Positions 26,696 to 36,749 of a stretch of DNA of 47,925 bases are shown piece by piece. This DNA is from a virus (lineage: Duplodnaviria; Caudoviricetes), in IMG/VR virus record IMGVR_UViG_3300026543_000024, positions 1-47,925 of that record; one strand, 5' to 3'. A program made the translations under genes and the position numbers. Below the pieces are notes generated by a model that was not told the origin of the DNA, did not search any database, and was given only the letters and a program-made list of their open reading frames with translations. Each line of letters begins with the position of its first letter. The first letter of the stretch is position 1.

Positions 26696-27506
26696 TCTAT
26701 TTTCAGGACTCAGTGACCTACCTGTCTTTGAAGGGCGATCCGAAGAGGATCGCCGTAGTGCCTTGTTAGCAACTGGATTAGGTTTGCTTCAGCCTCAGGA
26801 CCCTTTAGCTGGTGGAAACGCCTTAACACAATTAGGTGGTGGTGTGCAAGCAGGACTTACATCTTTAGATACGACAGCAGCTACAAATCGTGAAACGGAG
26901 CAGCAAGCATTCCAGAATATAATTACGGGTCGAGCGGCTGCTACAGATGAGACTCGTGCCGAATCCGGTCAGGTTGTAGCTGAGGCTGCTGCACTTAATG
27001 CAGAAACGAATGTAGCGGCGCAAGGACAAGATGTAACAGAGTTTAGCGCTGAAAAGGGTTTGCGTGAGGCCAAGATTGATTTGAATAAAGCGCAAGCTGA
27101 GTGGCTTCGTCGTCGATTTGCTGGAGACCCCAGCGCTTCTACTAAGGTAACTGCAGCTATGCTTGAAGATAAGGTTATTCAAGCTCAAATGGAGAATTTA
27201 CTTCGATCCGATCCAGAAAAATATACGTTATCTGATGGTAAGCCGAACATCGCTCTACTGACTGTACAGGCGTTTAACGATCTGCATAAAGCTAAAGGTC
27301 TAGCGGCTAGTGAGCAGCTAGGGCTTATTGTAAATACAGGAGAAGCAGAGGAGATCAGTGGAAATATATCTACATTGCAGGGACCTCCTCCAGAACCTGC
27401 TACAGAACCTCAAGTACAAGTCATTACAACTCTTGATGAGTTTAATGCATTGCCAATTGGAGCAGAGTATAGCCACAACGGACAAAAGTTCCGAAAGGAT
27501 AAGTAA
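26688..27506 (+). CDS. Internal virion / ejection protein
   Basis: GGAGG RBS before MANLFSG; ALLATGLGLL segment; helical. Confidence 0.7.
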   Translation: MANLFSGLSDLPVFEGRSEEDRRSALLATGLGLLQPQDPLAGGNALTQLGGGVQAGLTSLDTTAATNRETEQQAFQNIITGRAAATDETRAESGQVVAEAAALNAETNVAAQGQDVTEFSAEKGLREAKIDLNKAQAEWLRRRFAGDPSASTKVTAAMLEDKVIQAQMENLLRSDPEKYTLSDGKPNIALLTVQAFNDLHKAKGLAASEQLGLIVNTGEAEEISGNISTLQGPPPEPATEPQVQVITTLDEFNALPIGAEYSHNGQKFRKDK

Positions 27507-30500
27507 TGGCACAGTCAGGATTCGGCGGAACGCCGCTGTCTACCCTACAGCTTTCCCAAGAGGAACCAGCAGGGTTCGGAGGGACGCCGGCAGGTGAAGA
27601 GCCAGCGGGCTTTGGAGGCGTTCCGGTTAAGGAAGGGGGCTTTGGGGGAACGCCTCTTGATCCAGCACCACAAGACTCTACATCAGTAGGGATTACAACG
27701 CGGTTTGGAACACGGCAAGCCTTAACATCTGAACAGGTTCAACAGAATCAAGCACATGATGTAGTTCTTAATCAGCTTTCAGCCGGTGTTAAGGAATATG
27801 AGGATCAATTCAGCTTCCTAGAGCGACAGAGCATTCGGCTCGGTAAAGGTAATACGAGACTTCAAGCAAATGCTATGCTTAGAGAGATGGCGTCATTGCA
27901 GGAGCAACTCGTCGGTTTACAGAATCTGGAGCCAGAGGCATTAAAACGGTTTCAGATTCTCCAATCACCAAAGGGAGCCCTTGGACCTCCTGTTCCCGAT
28001 GCAGAGCGGGAACAGACTATTCAAAGCTTGCAAACTCGCTATGATGCAATAGAACAGGAGTACCTGTTCGTCTCCGATGCAGTGATGAATCCCACTTCAA
28101 ATGATGCAACTGGTACTGCTCGTGATGTTCCCGAGCATCCTGTCATGCAGGCCTTGCAACAGGCACAGTTGGCAGGTGATCAAAAGCTGGTTAATCGTAT
28201 AGGGCGGGAGTTCCTTCCTGAGACTATTGCAGAAGTTGCTTTACCTAGCATGACTCAAGCAGGTTGGTCGCAGTTATTAATTCCAGGTGGATTAGCAACC
28301 GTAGGAAAGTTAGCCTTGGGTTCTACTACAGCAGCCCGAGTAGGTTTCGTTGCAGGTACAGGTTTTGTCAGTGGTCATGTTGAGTCTAATGCTGCGTTCT
28401 CAGAGTTCTTGCAGGAGAATGGTGTTGACATTACGAATACCGCTGAGATAGCTAATGCGTTAAGTGATCCTGAACTAGTCAGGAAGGGACGAGCCTTTGC
28501 GACAAAGCGTAGTATCAGTATTGCGATGTGGGATATGGCAGGAGGTTATATAGCTTCAAGAAAGATTATGCCTCCAGGACTCACCAATAAATTTGCTCAG
28601 CAAATATCTAATGTGGCAGCACAAGTAGTAGCTCAACCGTTAACAGGATTGGCAGGAGAAGCAACTGCACAGATTGTTGCGGGGCAGGAGCCTAATCTAC
28701 TTGAGATTAAACTAGAAGCTATAGGTGAATTACCGAGTGCTATAACTGAACCTGTTATCTTCCACCTTGCTGATAAACTTGGTGGAAAGCCTAAAGATTA
28801 TGGCACTGTTGAGCAGATTCTGGATGCCTTCATAAAGAATCCTGAGATGACAATGGGTGAGGCGCTTACAGCTTTACAAGAAGTAGCCTCACGTGGTATG
28901 ACGGAGGCAGAAGCTATCAAAATGCTTGAAGCTATTCCAGGGGTTACTTTGGATACTGAAGCTATTCTTGGCGATCGACTTCATATGAGTGCTAAGGATT
29001 CTAAAAGTGGATTTCAAGAGAATCCATTGTTGAAACATTCACTCAGAGCTACATTATATGGAACTACTTCAGGAGAGATACTGACTGGCGATCAAATTCT
29101 TGATGCTGAAAAGGGTACAGGTAAAGTGTATTGGGCTACAGATCAGATGCTGGCTGATCCTGTATCGGGAGAAGCGAGTGGTATTGGAGTAGGTACAACA
29201 GCTCGTAGTCTTGATGCTATTGAGCTGTTAATCTCACAGGCTCAAGCTGACTTGAATATTGTAATGGCGCAGCAAGCTCCCTCTACTATAGTAAATCAAT
29301 TGTCAGATGAATTAGAAACATTAAAGGAGCGGAAAGCTCAATTTCAGCAAGATGAAAAAGTTATGTCTGACTTACGCCCAAGGTTACAGGGCTTGCTACA
29401 GGAGATGGTATCACTTTTCATGCCTAATACAGATATGTTAGTTATTGAGAATTCCTTTTTACGAGATCATTTTGAAGATAAAAGTGTCTTAGGTACTACG
29501 AACTCGAATAACTCAACTGTTACAGGGAAGCGGACTCAGTTACTTTATTTAAATACAAGGAAATTAATCGATCTTGATATGCAGGCGAATCCTAAACGTA
29601 AGCATGGGCCAAGAACCTTTGCTACAATGGCCTCAGTAATGGGGCATGAGTTTGGACACGCTATAGCCATGACTTGGTTCAATAAGCTTCCTACGGTAAT
29701 TCGTCAAGCATTACAAGTGGAGCATCGGAATTGGCTTGCTAAGGCATTAAAGGAGAATAAGGAGGAAACACTTCTACAGGATATTACAGGTTCTAAAAAT
29801 AATCCTGCACAGGAGAAAGATGTTAATCCGAATTTTAATGGTAGGCATCCAATAAAAGTTGTGCCTAAGAAGATGTTAAACTACCACCTTAGCTTTACTG
29901 AGTTTGTAGCCGACTTGATGGCAAGGCAGTTAGCTGGTAATAAAGAATCTACTATCGTAGCTCCATTGACCAAGAAATTCTTACCGCGCTTGCAGACACT
30001 AATGCGTAGGTATTTTGATAAGTATAGAGATCAAAATGTATTCTCTGCTGACCAGACCTATGATACGTTCCTGCAGTATCTAAGAGCTACGGCACAGACA
30101 ACAAAGATGGAGGAAATTAAGGGACAGTTTAGTGATACGGAATTGGCAATGCCTGCAGGTAATCAAGCTGAGAATGTATTCAGGTTACTGGACTCAAAGG
30201 TACTTAATATTGATTCAGAAATTCGTGATGAGGTAATGTCTAACCTTGACACGTATAATAAGCTTATGCGATATGGTGCTACTATCTTACAGCTTGGTAA
30301 AGAGAATAAACATATTGCTGGTTTGCAGAAGTATATTCGAGCGGTTCATGAGCATTGGATTACTAAGTCAAACTGGAATGATGCTGCTATGAAGTCAATG
30401 AATGCATGGCGGAAGCTAGGTAAGTCTGGCGATGAACTAGGCAGATTCTTAATAGAGTTAACTGTGAAGTCAGACGAGTTGGGTCGTGCCTTAACTAACG

Positions 30501-32965
30501 ATGAGATACAAGAGTTAATTGACGAAAAGAGGATTAATTTTGGAGATAAAGCGCCCCAAGCGTGGGAAGTGTATGCAAGGGTCAAAGGTGATCTTGCGAA
30601 TGCGCTTCAAGAATTATACATCATTGAGAAAAACCGTATCAATCAAGACTGGGCTGAATTTGAAACCCAGCGGAAAGCTAAGATACAGGAACTTGATACG
30701 CTCTTCTCTAAGCTTCGGAATAGAAATTACTTTCCCCTGTCGCGTTTTGGTGTCCTAGGGATTGCAATGAAAGCTAAGGAATCTGTGCAAATTGCAGGTC
30801 GAGGTTATGCTAAGGGTGAAGTAATGCACATGGAATTGTTTGAAGGTAAGCGACAACGGAATAAAGCGATTGGTCGCTTACGTCGTAAGTACGGTCCGAA
30901 GGTACAGGAAACTTTCTTCGCTGTAGATGAGGATATGAAACCTTTTGCAGGGCTGCCTATTGCTATCATGCGACAGTTAAAGCAGAACGATAAACTTCGA
31001 TTAACTCCAGAGCAGAAAACAAAGTTACAAGATATGATTGATACGATGAGTCCGACTCAATCTATTGCTAAGCGGATGCTGGAACGTAAGGGGACAGCGG
31101 GATTCAGTAACGATGCGCAACGAGGCTACGGTAACTACATGCTTATGATGGGTGGCCATATAGCTAAGATGCGTCATATCGGAGAGATGGATGCAGCAAT
31201 TGACTCGGTTAGGAAGTCTGCTAGATACCTAGGTGAGCGAGGAATCATCAATGACAAGCGGAATGAGATTGCAGGGCATCTTACAAGGCATCAAGATTAT
31301 CTGTTAAATCCTGTAAATGAGTGGGGTGGTATGAGAGCGTTAGCGTTCTTATGGTTCCTCGGCTACAATGTTAAGTCGGCGATCGTGAATTTGACACAAG
31401 TACCTTTAGTAGCTTACCCGTATCTGGCAGCGCGAGTAGCCTTGACAGGTGGTACAACGCTTAAGAGTGATGCGATTGCTATTGCAGCTCTTACTAAGGC
31501 AGGGCTTGATGTAGCGAACCTCTTTCGAAAGGGGATAAATAAATATACTGTAGACGAGCAGGAAATGCTTTCAGTTCTGCAGTCTGAGGGTATCATTGAT
31601 GAGTCACTGGCAACGGAGCTTGCAGGTGTAGCGCATGGTGATATGATCTCTAGAAACATGCCGAAGGAAACTGCCTTTACAACTAATGTTCAACGAGGTT
31701 CACAACAGTTTTTGCGTGGGTCTACCTGGATGTTTCAAGCGGCTGAAAAATATAATCGGAGGGTGGTTGGCTTAGCTGCCTATCGTTTAGCTCGAGAAAA
31801 GAATATGGATACCCAGACTTCTATTGATGAAGCTCGGGAAGCAATTCGAGCTACACAATTTGAGTATGCACGGTGGAATCGTGCTGCCTTTATGCGAGGT
31901 AAGCCAGGAGTATTCTTTGTATTCATGCAGTACCTGCAGAATGTACTGTACTTTGTAACGCGAGACCCAGGGAAAACCCGTTACATGCTGATGATGTTTA
32001 TGGCAGCTGGATTACAGGGACTTCCAGGAGCGGAAGACTTCCTGGACCTGTATGACTTTGCAGGAAATAAACTGAAAAAGTGGACAGGTTCTAAGCGTGA
32101 TCCACGGACTGATGTACGTGAGGATTTACGTCGCATGATTATGTCACTTCATGCTTCTCCAGAATTAATTATGCATGGACTAAGTGCTCAGAGTTTTGGA
32201 TTAGGAATGACCTCTGTAAATGATATGTTAGGTACAAGTCTACCTGCACTCAGCTTTGAGAACTCTATCTCTGCTGGTCGCGTCATTCCAGGTTGGGAAG
32301 GACTCATGAAGTTCTTTGGAGGTGGTCGTGTAGGACAAGCCGGACAGGTAGCAGGAGCAAAGGATGTATTAGGAGCTGCTATTACAATTCCTATTAATAT
32401 ACTTCAATGGCGTATGGATGCTGACCCTTCGGAGCTACGTGCCTTTGAACGCATGGCTCCTAGTGTAATAAAGGGGGCTACCCGAGCTTTTCGTATAGCA
32501 TCAGGAGCTAATGAGGAAGGGATAAGTACCTTTACGGACAGACAGGGTAGAACGATTGCTGATTTTGATATGAATAACTATGAGCATATAGCGGAGTTGA
32601 TTGGTATGTCCTTGGGTGCTGTACCTACAAGAATCCAGCGTGTTCAGGAAGCTAAGTGGGCTGAGAAGGAAGCGTTGCAATTTTATGGTGAGATGCGCGT
32701 ACGACTCCAGGTGAACTTTAACTATTCTATGGAGGATCGACGAACTAATCCTGATGGAGTTAAGGAAGTTAAAAAGGCTATCAAGGATTTTAATGCGAGT
32801 GTCCCTAAGGGACAACAACTACTCAACTTTGGACAGTCCTACATGGATTATAAGCTGGGCATCGAGTTTGATAAGAAAGGGGTTGGCCGTAGAATGCTTG
32901 ATCAACCTGTGCGTGGGGATATTCAGGAGACATTCCCTGCGGCTACTGAAGAACGCATTAAATGA
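27506..32965 (+). CDS. Large polyvalent internal virion protein (1819 aa) with HExxH zincin-like and PLxRFG motifs
   Basis: HEFGH...EFVAD; YFPLSRFG; N-terminal GFGG(T/V)P x4; last gene of the late arm. Confidence 0.8.
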   Translation: MAQSGFGGTPLSTLQLSQEEPAGFGGTPAGEEPAGFGGVPVKEGGFGGTPLDPAPQDSTSVGITTRFGTRQALTSEQVQQNQAHDVVLNQLSAGVKEYEDQFSFLERQSIRLGKGNTRLQANAMLREMASLQEQLVGLQNLEPEALKRFQILQSPKGALGPPVPDAEREQTIQSLQTRYDAIEQEYLFVSDAVMNPTSNDATGTARDVPEHPVMQALQQAQLAGDQKLVNRIGREFLPETIAEVALPSMTQAGWSQLLIPGGLATVGKLALGSTTAARVGFVAGTGFVSGHVESNAAFSEFLQENGVDITNTAEIANALSDPELVRKGRAFATKRSISIAMWDMAGGYIASRKIMPPGLTNKFAQQISNVAAQVVAQPLTGLAGEATAQIVAGQEPNLLEIKLEAIGELPSAITEPVIFHLADKLGGKPKDYGTVEQILDAFIKNPEMTMGEALTALQEVASRGMTEAEAIKMLEAIPGVTLDTEAILGDRLHMSAKDSKSGFQENPLLKHSLRATLYGTTSGEILTGDQILDAEKGTGKVYWATDQMLADPVSGEASGIGVGTTARSLDAIELLISQAQADLNIVMAQQAPSTIVNQLSDELETLKERKAQFQQDEKVMSDLRPRLQGLLQEMVSLFMPNTDMLVIENSFLRDHFEDKSVLGTTNSNNSTVTGKRTQLLYLNTRKLIDLDMQANPKRKHGPRTFATMASVMGHEFGHAIAMTWFNKLPTVIRQALQVEHRNWLAKALKENKEETLLQDITGSKNNPAQEKDVNPNFNGRHPIKVVPKKMLNYHLSFTEFVADLMARQLAGNKESTIVAPLTKKFLPRLQTLMRRYFDKYRDQNVFSADQTYDTFLQYLRATAQTTKMEEIKGQFSDTELAMPAGNQAENVFRLLDSKVLNIDSEIRDEVMSNLDTYNKLMRYGATILQLGKENKHIAGLQKYIRAVHEHWITKSNWNDAAMKSMNAWRKLGKSGDELGRFLIELTVKSDELGRALTNDEIQELIDEKRINFGDKAPQAWEVYARVKGDLANALQELYIIEKNRINQDWAEFETQRKAKIQELDTLFSKLRNRNYFPLSRFGVLGIAMKAKESVQIAGRGYAKGEVMHMELFEGKRQRNKAIGRLRRKYGPKVQETFFAVDEDMKPFAGLPIAIMRQLKQNDKLRLTPEQKTKLQDMIDTMSPTQSIAKRMLERKGTAGFSNDAQRGYGNYMLMMGGHIAKMRHIGEMDAAIDSVRKSARYLGERGIINDKRNEIAGHLTRHQDYLLNPVNEWGGMRALAFLWFLGYNVKSAIVNLTQVPLVAYPYLAARVALTGGTTLKSDAIAIAALTKAGLDVANLFRKGINKYTVDEQEMLSVLQSEGIIDESLATELAGVAHGDMISRNMPKETAFTTNVQRGSQQFLRGSTWMFQAAEKYNRRVVGLAAYRLAREKNMDTQTSIDEAREAIRATQFEYARWNRAAFMRGKPGVFFVFMQYLQNVLYFVTRDPGKTRYMLMMFMAAGLQGLPGAEDFLDLYDFAGNKLKKWTGSKRDPRTDVREDLRRMIMSLHASPELIMHGLSAQSFGLGMTSVNDMLGTSLPALSFENSISAGRVIPGWEGLMKFFGGGRVGQAGQVAGAKDVLGAAITIPINILQWRMDADPSELRAFERMAPSVIKGATRAFRIASGANEEGISTFTDRQGRTIADFDMNNYEHIAELIGMSLGAVPTRIQRVQEAKWAEKEALQFYGEMRVRLQVNFNYSMEDRRTNPDGVKEVKKAIKDFNASVPKGQQLLNFGQSYMDYKLGIEFDKKGVGRRMLDQPVRGDIQETFPAATEERIK

Positions 32966-33110
32966 ATGATTGTATTTTCTGTATGCCCGTATGCGGGGCG
33001 ATAATTTGAGCTGCATAACTACCCGCCTTTTTTCTGATCGTGGTGTAGCGATGGGAAAACGGGCTGTACGATTGATTCCTGAAGGATGAGAAGTCCGTAT
33101 ACTGTTTCGA

Positions 33111-34316
33111 CTAATCAAAGGGTACTGTCCCCTTAGCATAAATGATTTGACCTAATCGCTCGATCCGTTTGATGAAGCCTATAGCAGCGGCACTAGCCAT
33201 AGCCTCTTGATAATCTTTATACTTAAACTTATTTAATACCTTAGCATACAGGTCTACGTTAGAGACTTCACCTTTAAAACACACGTAACGGAGCAGGGCT
33301 TTGATCTCTCGCTGGTTATAATTAGTTCCAATACGGCTAAAGACTTTGGGCATGTCCTCTTCAAGATCTGCCACATAGTTGGAAGCGTTAAACAGATGAT
33401 GTTCTTCGATGATAAGTTTATCGTGTTCAGCAGCAGCGAGAACCATGGCCAGCTTGTGAATGTGCGTTTGTTTTCGTGCGATATATCCTCCAAAACGCTC
33501 TCCAACGAGGTCTTCGGGAGGGTTCCTATAATGCTTATCGTACCAGACTTCTCCGTAAGCCCGAGCTGCGTCAGACAATTTATATTCACCAGTAAGAGTA
33601 GTCGAAATGTGTCCGAGGTCTTGGATGAGTTTGAGTTGCATTTCGTAGAAGTCATGAGGTATCTCCGTATCAGTATAGGCTGTGAAGTGCCGTTTTTTTT
33701 CGGCATAGATAAAAACACAGCGGGAAGTGAAGCCCCCGCCTATTAAGGCATCGGGAAAATTTCCTGCTATCCAATCTGGTGTTGTACAAGCAAGTACATT
33801 TAGCCAGGGGTTTTCGATTAAGTTATTACCCTGTGTTTTGGTTAGCTTAGTCCAGATGCCAATCTGACCATCCCATAAGGATACAAGGGCGTCTACCATC
33901 TCGCGATCGTGTGGATTCAGGAAGTTTCCAAACTCGCTGCACACGCAGGTGAGGGCTGACATGATATGGTACTCACCATCTCCGTCAGTCAATTGAAACA
34001 TCTCCTTAGCTTCCTGCAGTTCTGCTACAAGTGCTTGCCACGTTACAGCATCTGGACCGAACTTAATCCCTTCTACCTGACGTAGCAGGTTCATTCCAAT
34101 GTTAACTGTGGTAGACTTTGATACTATGCCAGGAGGAGCTACGAATATGATATACATATTCGGTGTCCACTGGAAGTACTTCATGTCTAACCAGACGTGG
34201 CGACGTAGAGCTCCGGCGATTACAGATATGGCGGTCCAACGGTGGAAGTTCTTGGGGGCCTCGGAATGTCGGCTGTATTCAAGATAGGTTTCAATCCAGT
34301 TAGAGTAGTTACGCAC
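33111..34316 (-). CDS. DUF3987-type P-loop ATPase, putative replicative helicase
   Basis: SEAP..FH.W, PNMY...APPGIVSKST (Walker A variant), SEFG, LWDG and GGFTSR motifs. Confidence 0.75.
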   Translation of the reverse strand: MRNYSNWIETYLEYSRHSEAPKNFHRWTAISVIAGALRRHVWLDMKYFQWTPNMYIIFVAPPGIVSKSTTVNIGMNLLRQVEGIKFGPDAVTWQALVAELQEAKEMFQLTDGDGEYHIMSALTCVCSEFGNFLNPHDREMVDALVSLWDGQIGIWTKLTKTQGNNLIENPWLNVLACTTPDWIAGNFPDALIGGGFTSRCVFIYAEKKRHFTAYTDTEIPHDFYEMQLKLIQDLGHISTTLTGEYKLSDAARAYGEVWYDKHYRNPPEDLVGERFGGYIARKQTHIHKLAMVLAAAEHDKLIIEEHHLFNASNYVADLEEDMPKVFSRIGTNYNQREIKALLRYVCFKGEVSNVDLYAKVLNKFKYKDYQEAMASAAAIGFIKRIERLGQIIYAKGTVPFD

Positions 34317-34484
34317 CTAATCGTCGCCACCTTCTGTAAACCACCTGGCAAAGAACTCCTCTTTTCTTTGTTGATATAAGGCCTGTTCATGCTGCCATGA
34401 GGGAGAATGCTTATTGGTATTAGCCGTACGAACTAAGCTTTCTATAACTTTAAGGAAATCTTTAACCATCTTGTCAGGTATCAT
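34317..34484 (-). CDS. Small hypothetical protein
   Basis: GGAGGAG RBS before MIPDKM. Confidence 0.65.
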   Translation of the reverse strand: MIPDKMVKDFLKVIESLVRTANTNKHSPSWQHEQALYQQRKEEFFARWFTEGGDD

Positions 34485-34707
34485 CGTATTTCTCCTCCAG
34501 CCCTTGGGCTGGCTCATCATTACCATGTTTTCTACACGAAGGGCTAATACACTCACCTGCTTTATTTACAATGGTAATACCACAGCCTTCACAAATTACA
34601 GTCCAGCCGTAACCGTTTTTTAAGACCTTATTAGGGTGTAAATTAGCGAGATCACCAAAATCTTTTGTGAATATCTCAAGGCTACATTGTTTACAAAAAT
34701 CAGCCAT
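34474..34707 (-). CDS. Small Cys-rich zinc-binding protein
   Basis: MADFCKQC...CEGCG...C...C..H; GGAG RBS. Confidence 0.75.
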   Translation of the reverse strand: MADFCKQCSLEIFTKDFGDLANLHPNKVLKNGYGWTVICEGCGITIVNKAGECISPSCRKHGNDEPAQGLEEKYDDT

Positions 34708-34708
34708 T

Positions 34709-35479
34709 TCATTTCTCCAGTAGGTTACCTTGCCAGTCACTCTTGGCACAGTCGCCCCAGCTTTTATCGCTGTAGCTCAGGCCAGCAGGAATGATAAGGG
34801 GATCATCGTAAGGGATTGTTACCTTGAAGGCTTCTTCGATAGCGGGGAGCTTACGGCGGAATGTACGTTGCTTGACTTGAAATACAAGACTATCGTGAAC
34901 CTGTAACAGCACTTGAATGTCGGGGTCATTAAGGTTTTCGATAGCTCGCCACGCACGGTTGATGACCAAGGCGACAGTGGATTGAGGAATCCAAGCGAGG
35001 GCCTCCGGAAGAGCACGGTTAATCCTACCAAAGTAGACCCTACGGTTTCCGAAGCTATTCGTAATTGTCCGCTCGGTTTGTAATGCGGTATCAACGCGCT
35101 GTTTCCAATCAAGTATACCAGGGTGAGCAGTAAACCAAGTGTCAATAAAAGCTTCCGCCTCCTTGATAGTGCAGCCAAGAAGGAGTGCAAGTGCTCTTGG
35201 TTGTATATCATAGTTTACTGCGTGGACACCAGCCTTAGCTTTCTGGCGGAGGCTAGGACTCGTTCTTCCAAAAATATCCTGCGCGTTCGAATCATGTAAA
35301 TCTGCATCTTCATCTTGAAATATCTCCTTGAGCGCGGTATCGTCTGCTTCCCACGCAACGACCTGCGCATCGGCCTGAGCAAGGTCAGCGTCGCAAATGA
35401 AAAATCCTGGATCGGGTATGAAAATCCTTTTGATATTGGGTAGCGCAATTGTCTGTGCAACCATGTCATTTACCATCAT
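34709..35479 (-). CDS. polA: DNA polymerase family A, C-terminal catalytic subunit (motifs A, B, C)
   Basis: DADLAQADAQ (motif A), RQKAKAGVHAVNY (B), LLQVHDSLVF (C). Confidence 0.92.
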   Translation of the reverse strand: MMVNDMVAQTIALPNIKRIFIPDPGFFICDADLAQADAQVVAWEADDTALKEIFQDEDADLHDSNAQDIFGRTSPSLRQKAKAGVHAVNYDIQPRALALLLGCTIKEAEAFIDTWFTAHPGILDWKQRVDTALQTERTITNSFGNRRVYFGRINRALPEALAWIPQSTVALVINRAWRAIENLNDPDIQVLLQVHDSLVFQVKQRTFRRKLPAIEEAFKVTIPYDDPLIIPAGLSYSDKSWGDCAKSDWQGNLLEK

Positions 35480-35633
35480 CCTCCAGCGCTTGTGCTGGCT
35501 TTTCCAGTTTAGTAATACGCTTATCTATATCATGGAGCAATATTATAAGATTCCATCTCCATAACTCAGGGATGGAATCAGCAGGTAGAGGTGTGTTTCG
35601 CAGCCAAGTGTAGGCTTCCTTAAGCTCAGTCAT
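35466..35633 (-). CDS. Small hypothetical protein (55 aa, not in the track)
   Basis: MTELKEAYTW...ALEDDGK; GGAG RBS. Confidence 0.65.
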   Translation of the reverse strand: MTELKEAYTWLRNTPLPADSIPELWRWNLIILLHDIDKRITKLEKPAQALEDDGK

Positions 35634-35635
35634 GT

Positions 35636-35965
35636 TTAACTCCAGTCAGGTAAAGTTCTAAGGATAATTCGTTTGCCCATCTCTTGATAGATTTGCATTG
35701 CCCTCTTCATTCCTTTAGAGATACCTAGATCGGTATACACTACAACGTAATCGCAGTGTACACCCCACTGATAACCAGCGGCAATCCCCATGGCACGCTC
35801 TTCTTCCACCTCGTCACGGAGTACCTCGGGTTGTGTGTAAAGGAGGTGGGAGGCTAGAGGTGCCTCCCCCTTATGCAGGCAATCTGCCATAGCGAGCCTA
35901 GCATATAGCAGGTGTCGCTCGACGTTGCCAGCGTAGGGAGATTCAAGTATGACACAAGCACTCAC
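35636..35965 (-). CDS. Small Rossmann-like phage protein (nucleoside deoxyribosyltransferase/DUF4406-like clan)
   Basis: ESPYAG, GEAP.ASHLLY and GISKGM motifs. Confidence 0.7.
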   Translation of the reverse strand: MSACVILESPYAGNVERHLLYARLAMADCLHKGEAPLASHLLYTQPEVLRDEVEEERAMGIAAGYQWGVHCDYVVVYTDLGISKGMKRAMQIYQEMGKRIILRTLPDWS

Positions 35966-36138
35966 GGAAGAATTCTAGAGCTTATCTTGTTAAGAACTGC
36001 GTTCTGCTTATCAGAAAGCTCATAGTTCTCAGGCTTACCTGAAAGGGATTCGATAAATTCCTCCTCCCAATCAGATAAATTTCCATAAGCTGCAGAATTC
36101 ACGCAATCCTCTAGCAAGCGTAATTGAAAACCATTCAT
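35962..36138 (-). CDS. Small phage protein (58 aa, not in the track)
   Basis: LSDWEEEFIESL...LSDKQ..VL.KI motif; ATGA and GTGA overlaps on both sides. Confidence 0.75.
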   Translation of the reverse strand: MNGFQLRLLEDCVNSAAYGNLSDWEEEFIESLSGKPENYELSDKQNAVLNKISSRILP

Positions 36139-36422
36139 ATGGATTCCAGTCGAGATACTTCATGCTGTAGGTCATTAAGAACTCTAGAGTAGTCATCAAC
36201 CATTAGATTAATCTCTTGTTGAACACTTGCTTCAGTAGGTTGGCCTGGGGGACTTTCAGTCTCCACAGCTGGAGGTTCAGGCCCGATCATCGCCGTATTA
36301 ATACTGTTTAGGCGTCTTACAAGATTCCGTAAATCATTATAGATTCCAGTCATTGGCTCTAGAGAAGCAGTTAAGCGGCCTATGGGTTTGGGAGTATTTG
36401 CTGATACAGGTGGATTATCCAT
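36135..36422 (-). CDS. Coiled-coil hypothetical protein
   Basis: GGAGG RBS; coupled. Confidence 0.75.
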   Translation of the reverse strand: MDNPPVSANTPKPIGRLTASLEPMTGIYNDLRNLVRRLNSINTAMIGPEPPAVETESPPGQPTEASVQQEINLMVDDYSRVLNDLQHEVSRLESI

Positions 36423-36748
36423 TAGTATTGTCCCTCCATAGCGTCTTGAACTTTCTCTTCAATGAGTTCAGTCAATAAACTCTCCAGCGTGTCTGGCTCT
36501 GTTGCCGGCTCATGATTTGGTGCTACAACCAGACCCTTTTGCTCCATACAAGGGCGACAGAAGTCCTTCCAGTGGTCCTGTAGAAGGCGATTGTTACTGG
36601 TGGATCGTACAGATGGGTTAAATATCCGAGGAAAGGGTAGTTTAGGATTGGCGTTGCACACGGCAACAACTCCAATGGTCCAGAGTTCCTCGTTATTCTC
36701 TACAATATTCTCACAGTTGTCACAGGTTCTTAGTGTTACATTACTCAT
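36422..36748 (-). CDS. Zinc-finger protein (start MSNVTLRTCDNC)
   Basis: CxxC...CxxC; ATG 1 nt after the stop of the N-terminal polA gene. Confidence 0.75.
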   Translation of the reverse strand: MSNVTLRTCDNCENIVENNEELWTIGVVAVCNANPKLPFPRIFNPSVRSTSNNRLLQDHWKDFCRPCMEQKGLVVAPNHEPATEPDTLESLLTELIEEKVQDAMEGQY

Positions 36749-36749
36749 T

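Noticed and set aside
32985-33033. Bidirectional terminator at the convergence of the two arms
   Set aside because: GCGGG/CCCGC plus T6 is present but with a long, poorly paired loop; too weak to call.
32959-33113. Stop-codon read-through or TAG recoding of the helicase-like gene (frame stays open ~50 codons after TAG)
   Set aside because: The extension has no recognisable features, and the standard code gives full-length genes elsewhere.
35480-36749. Group I intron or split intein interrupting polA
   Set aside because: The interval is fully occupied by five closely packed ORFs, with no homing endonuclease, no intron core and no intein terminal motifs on either half.
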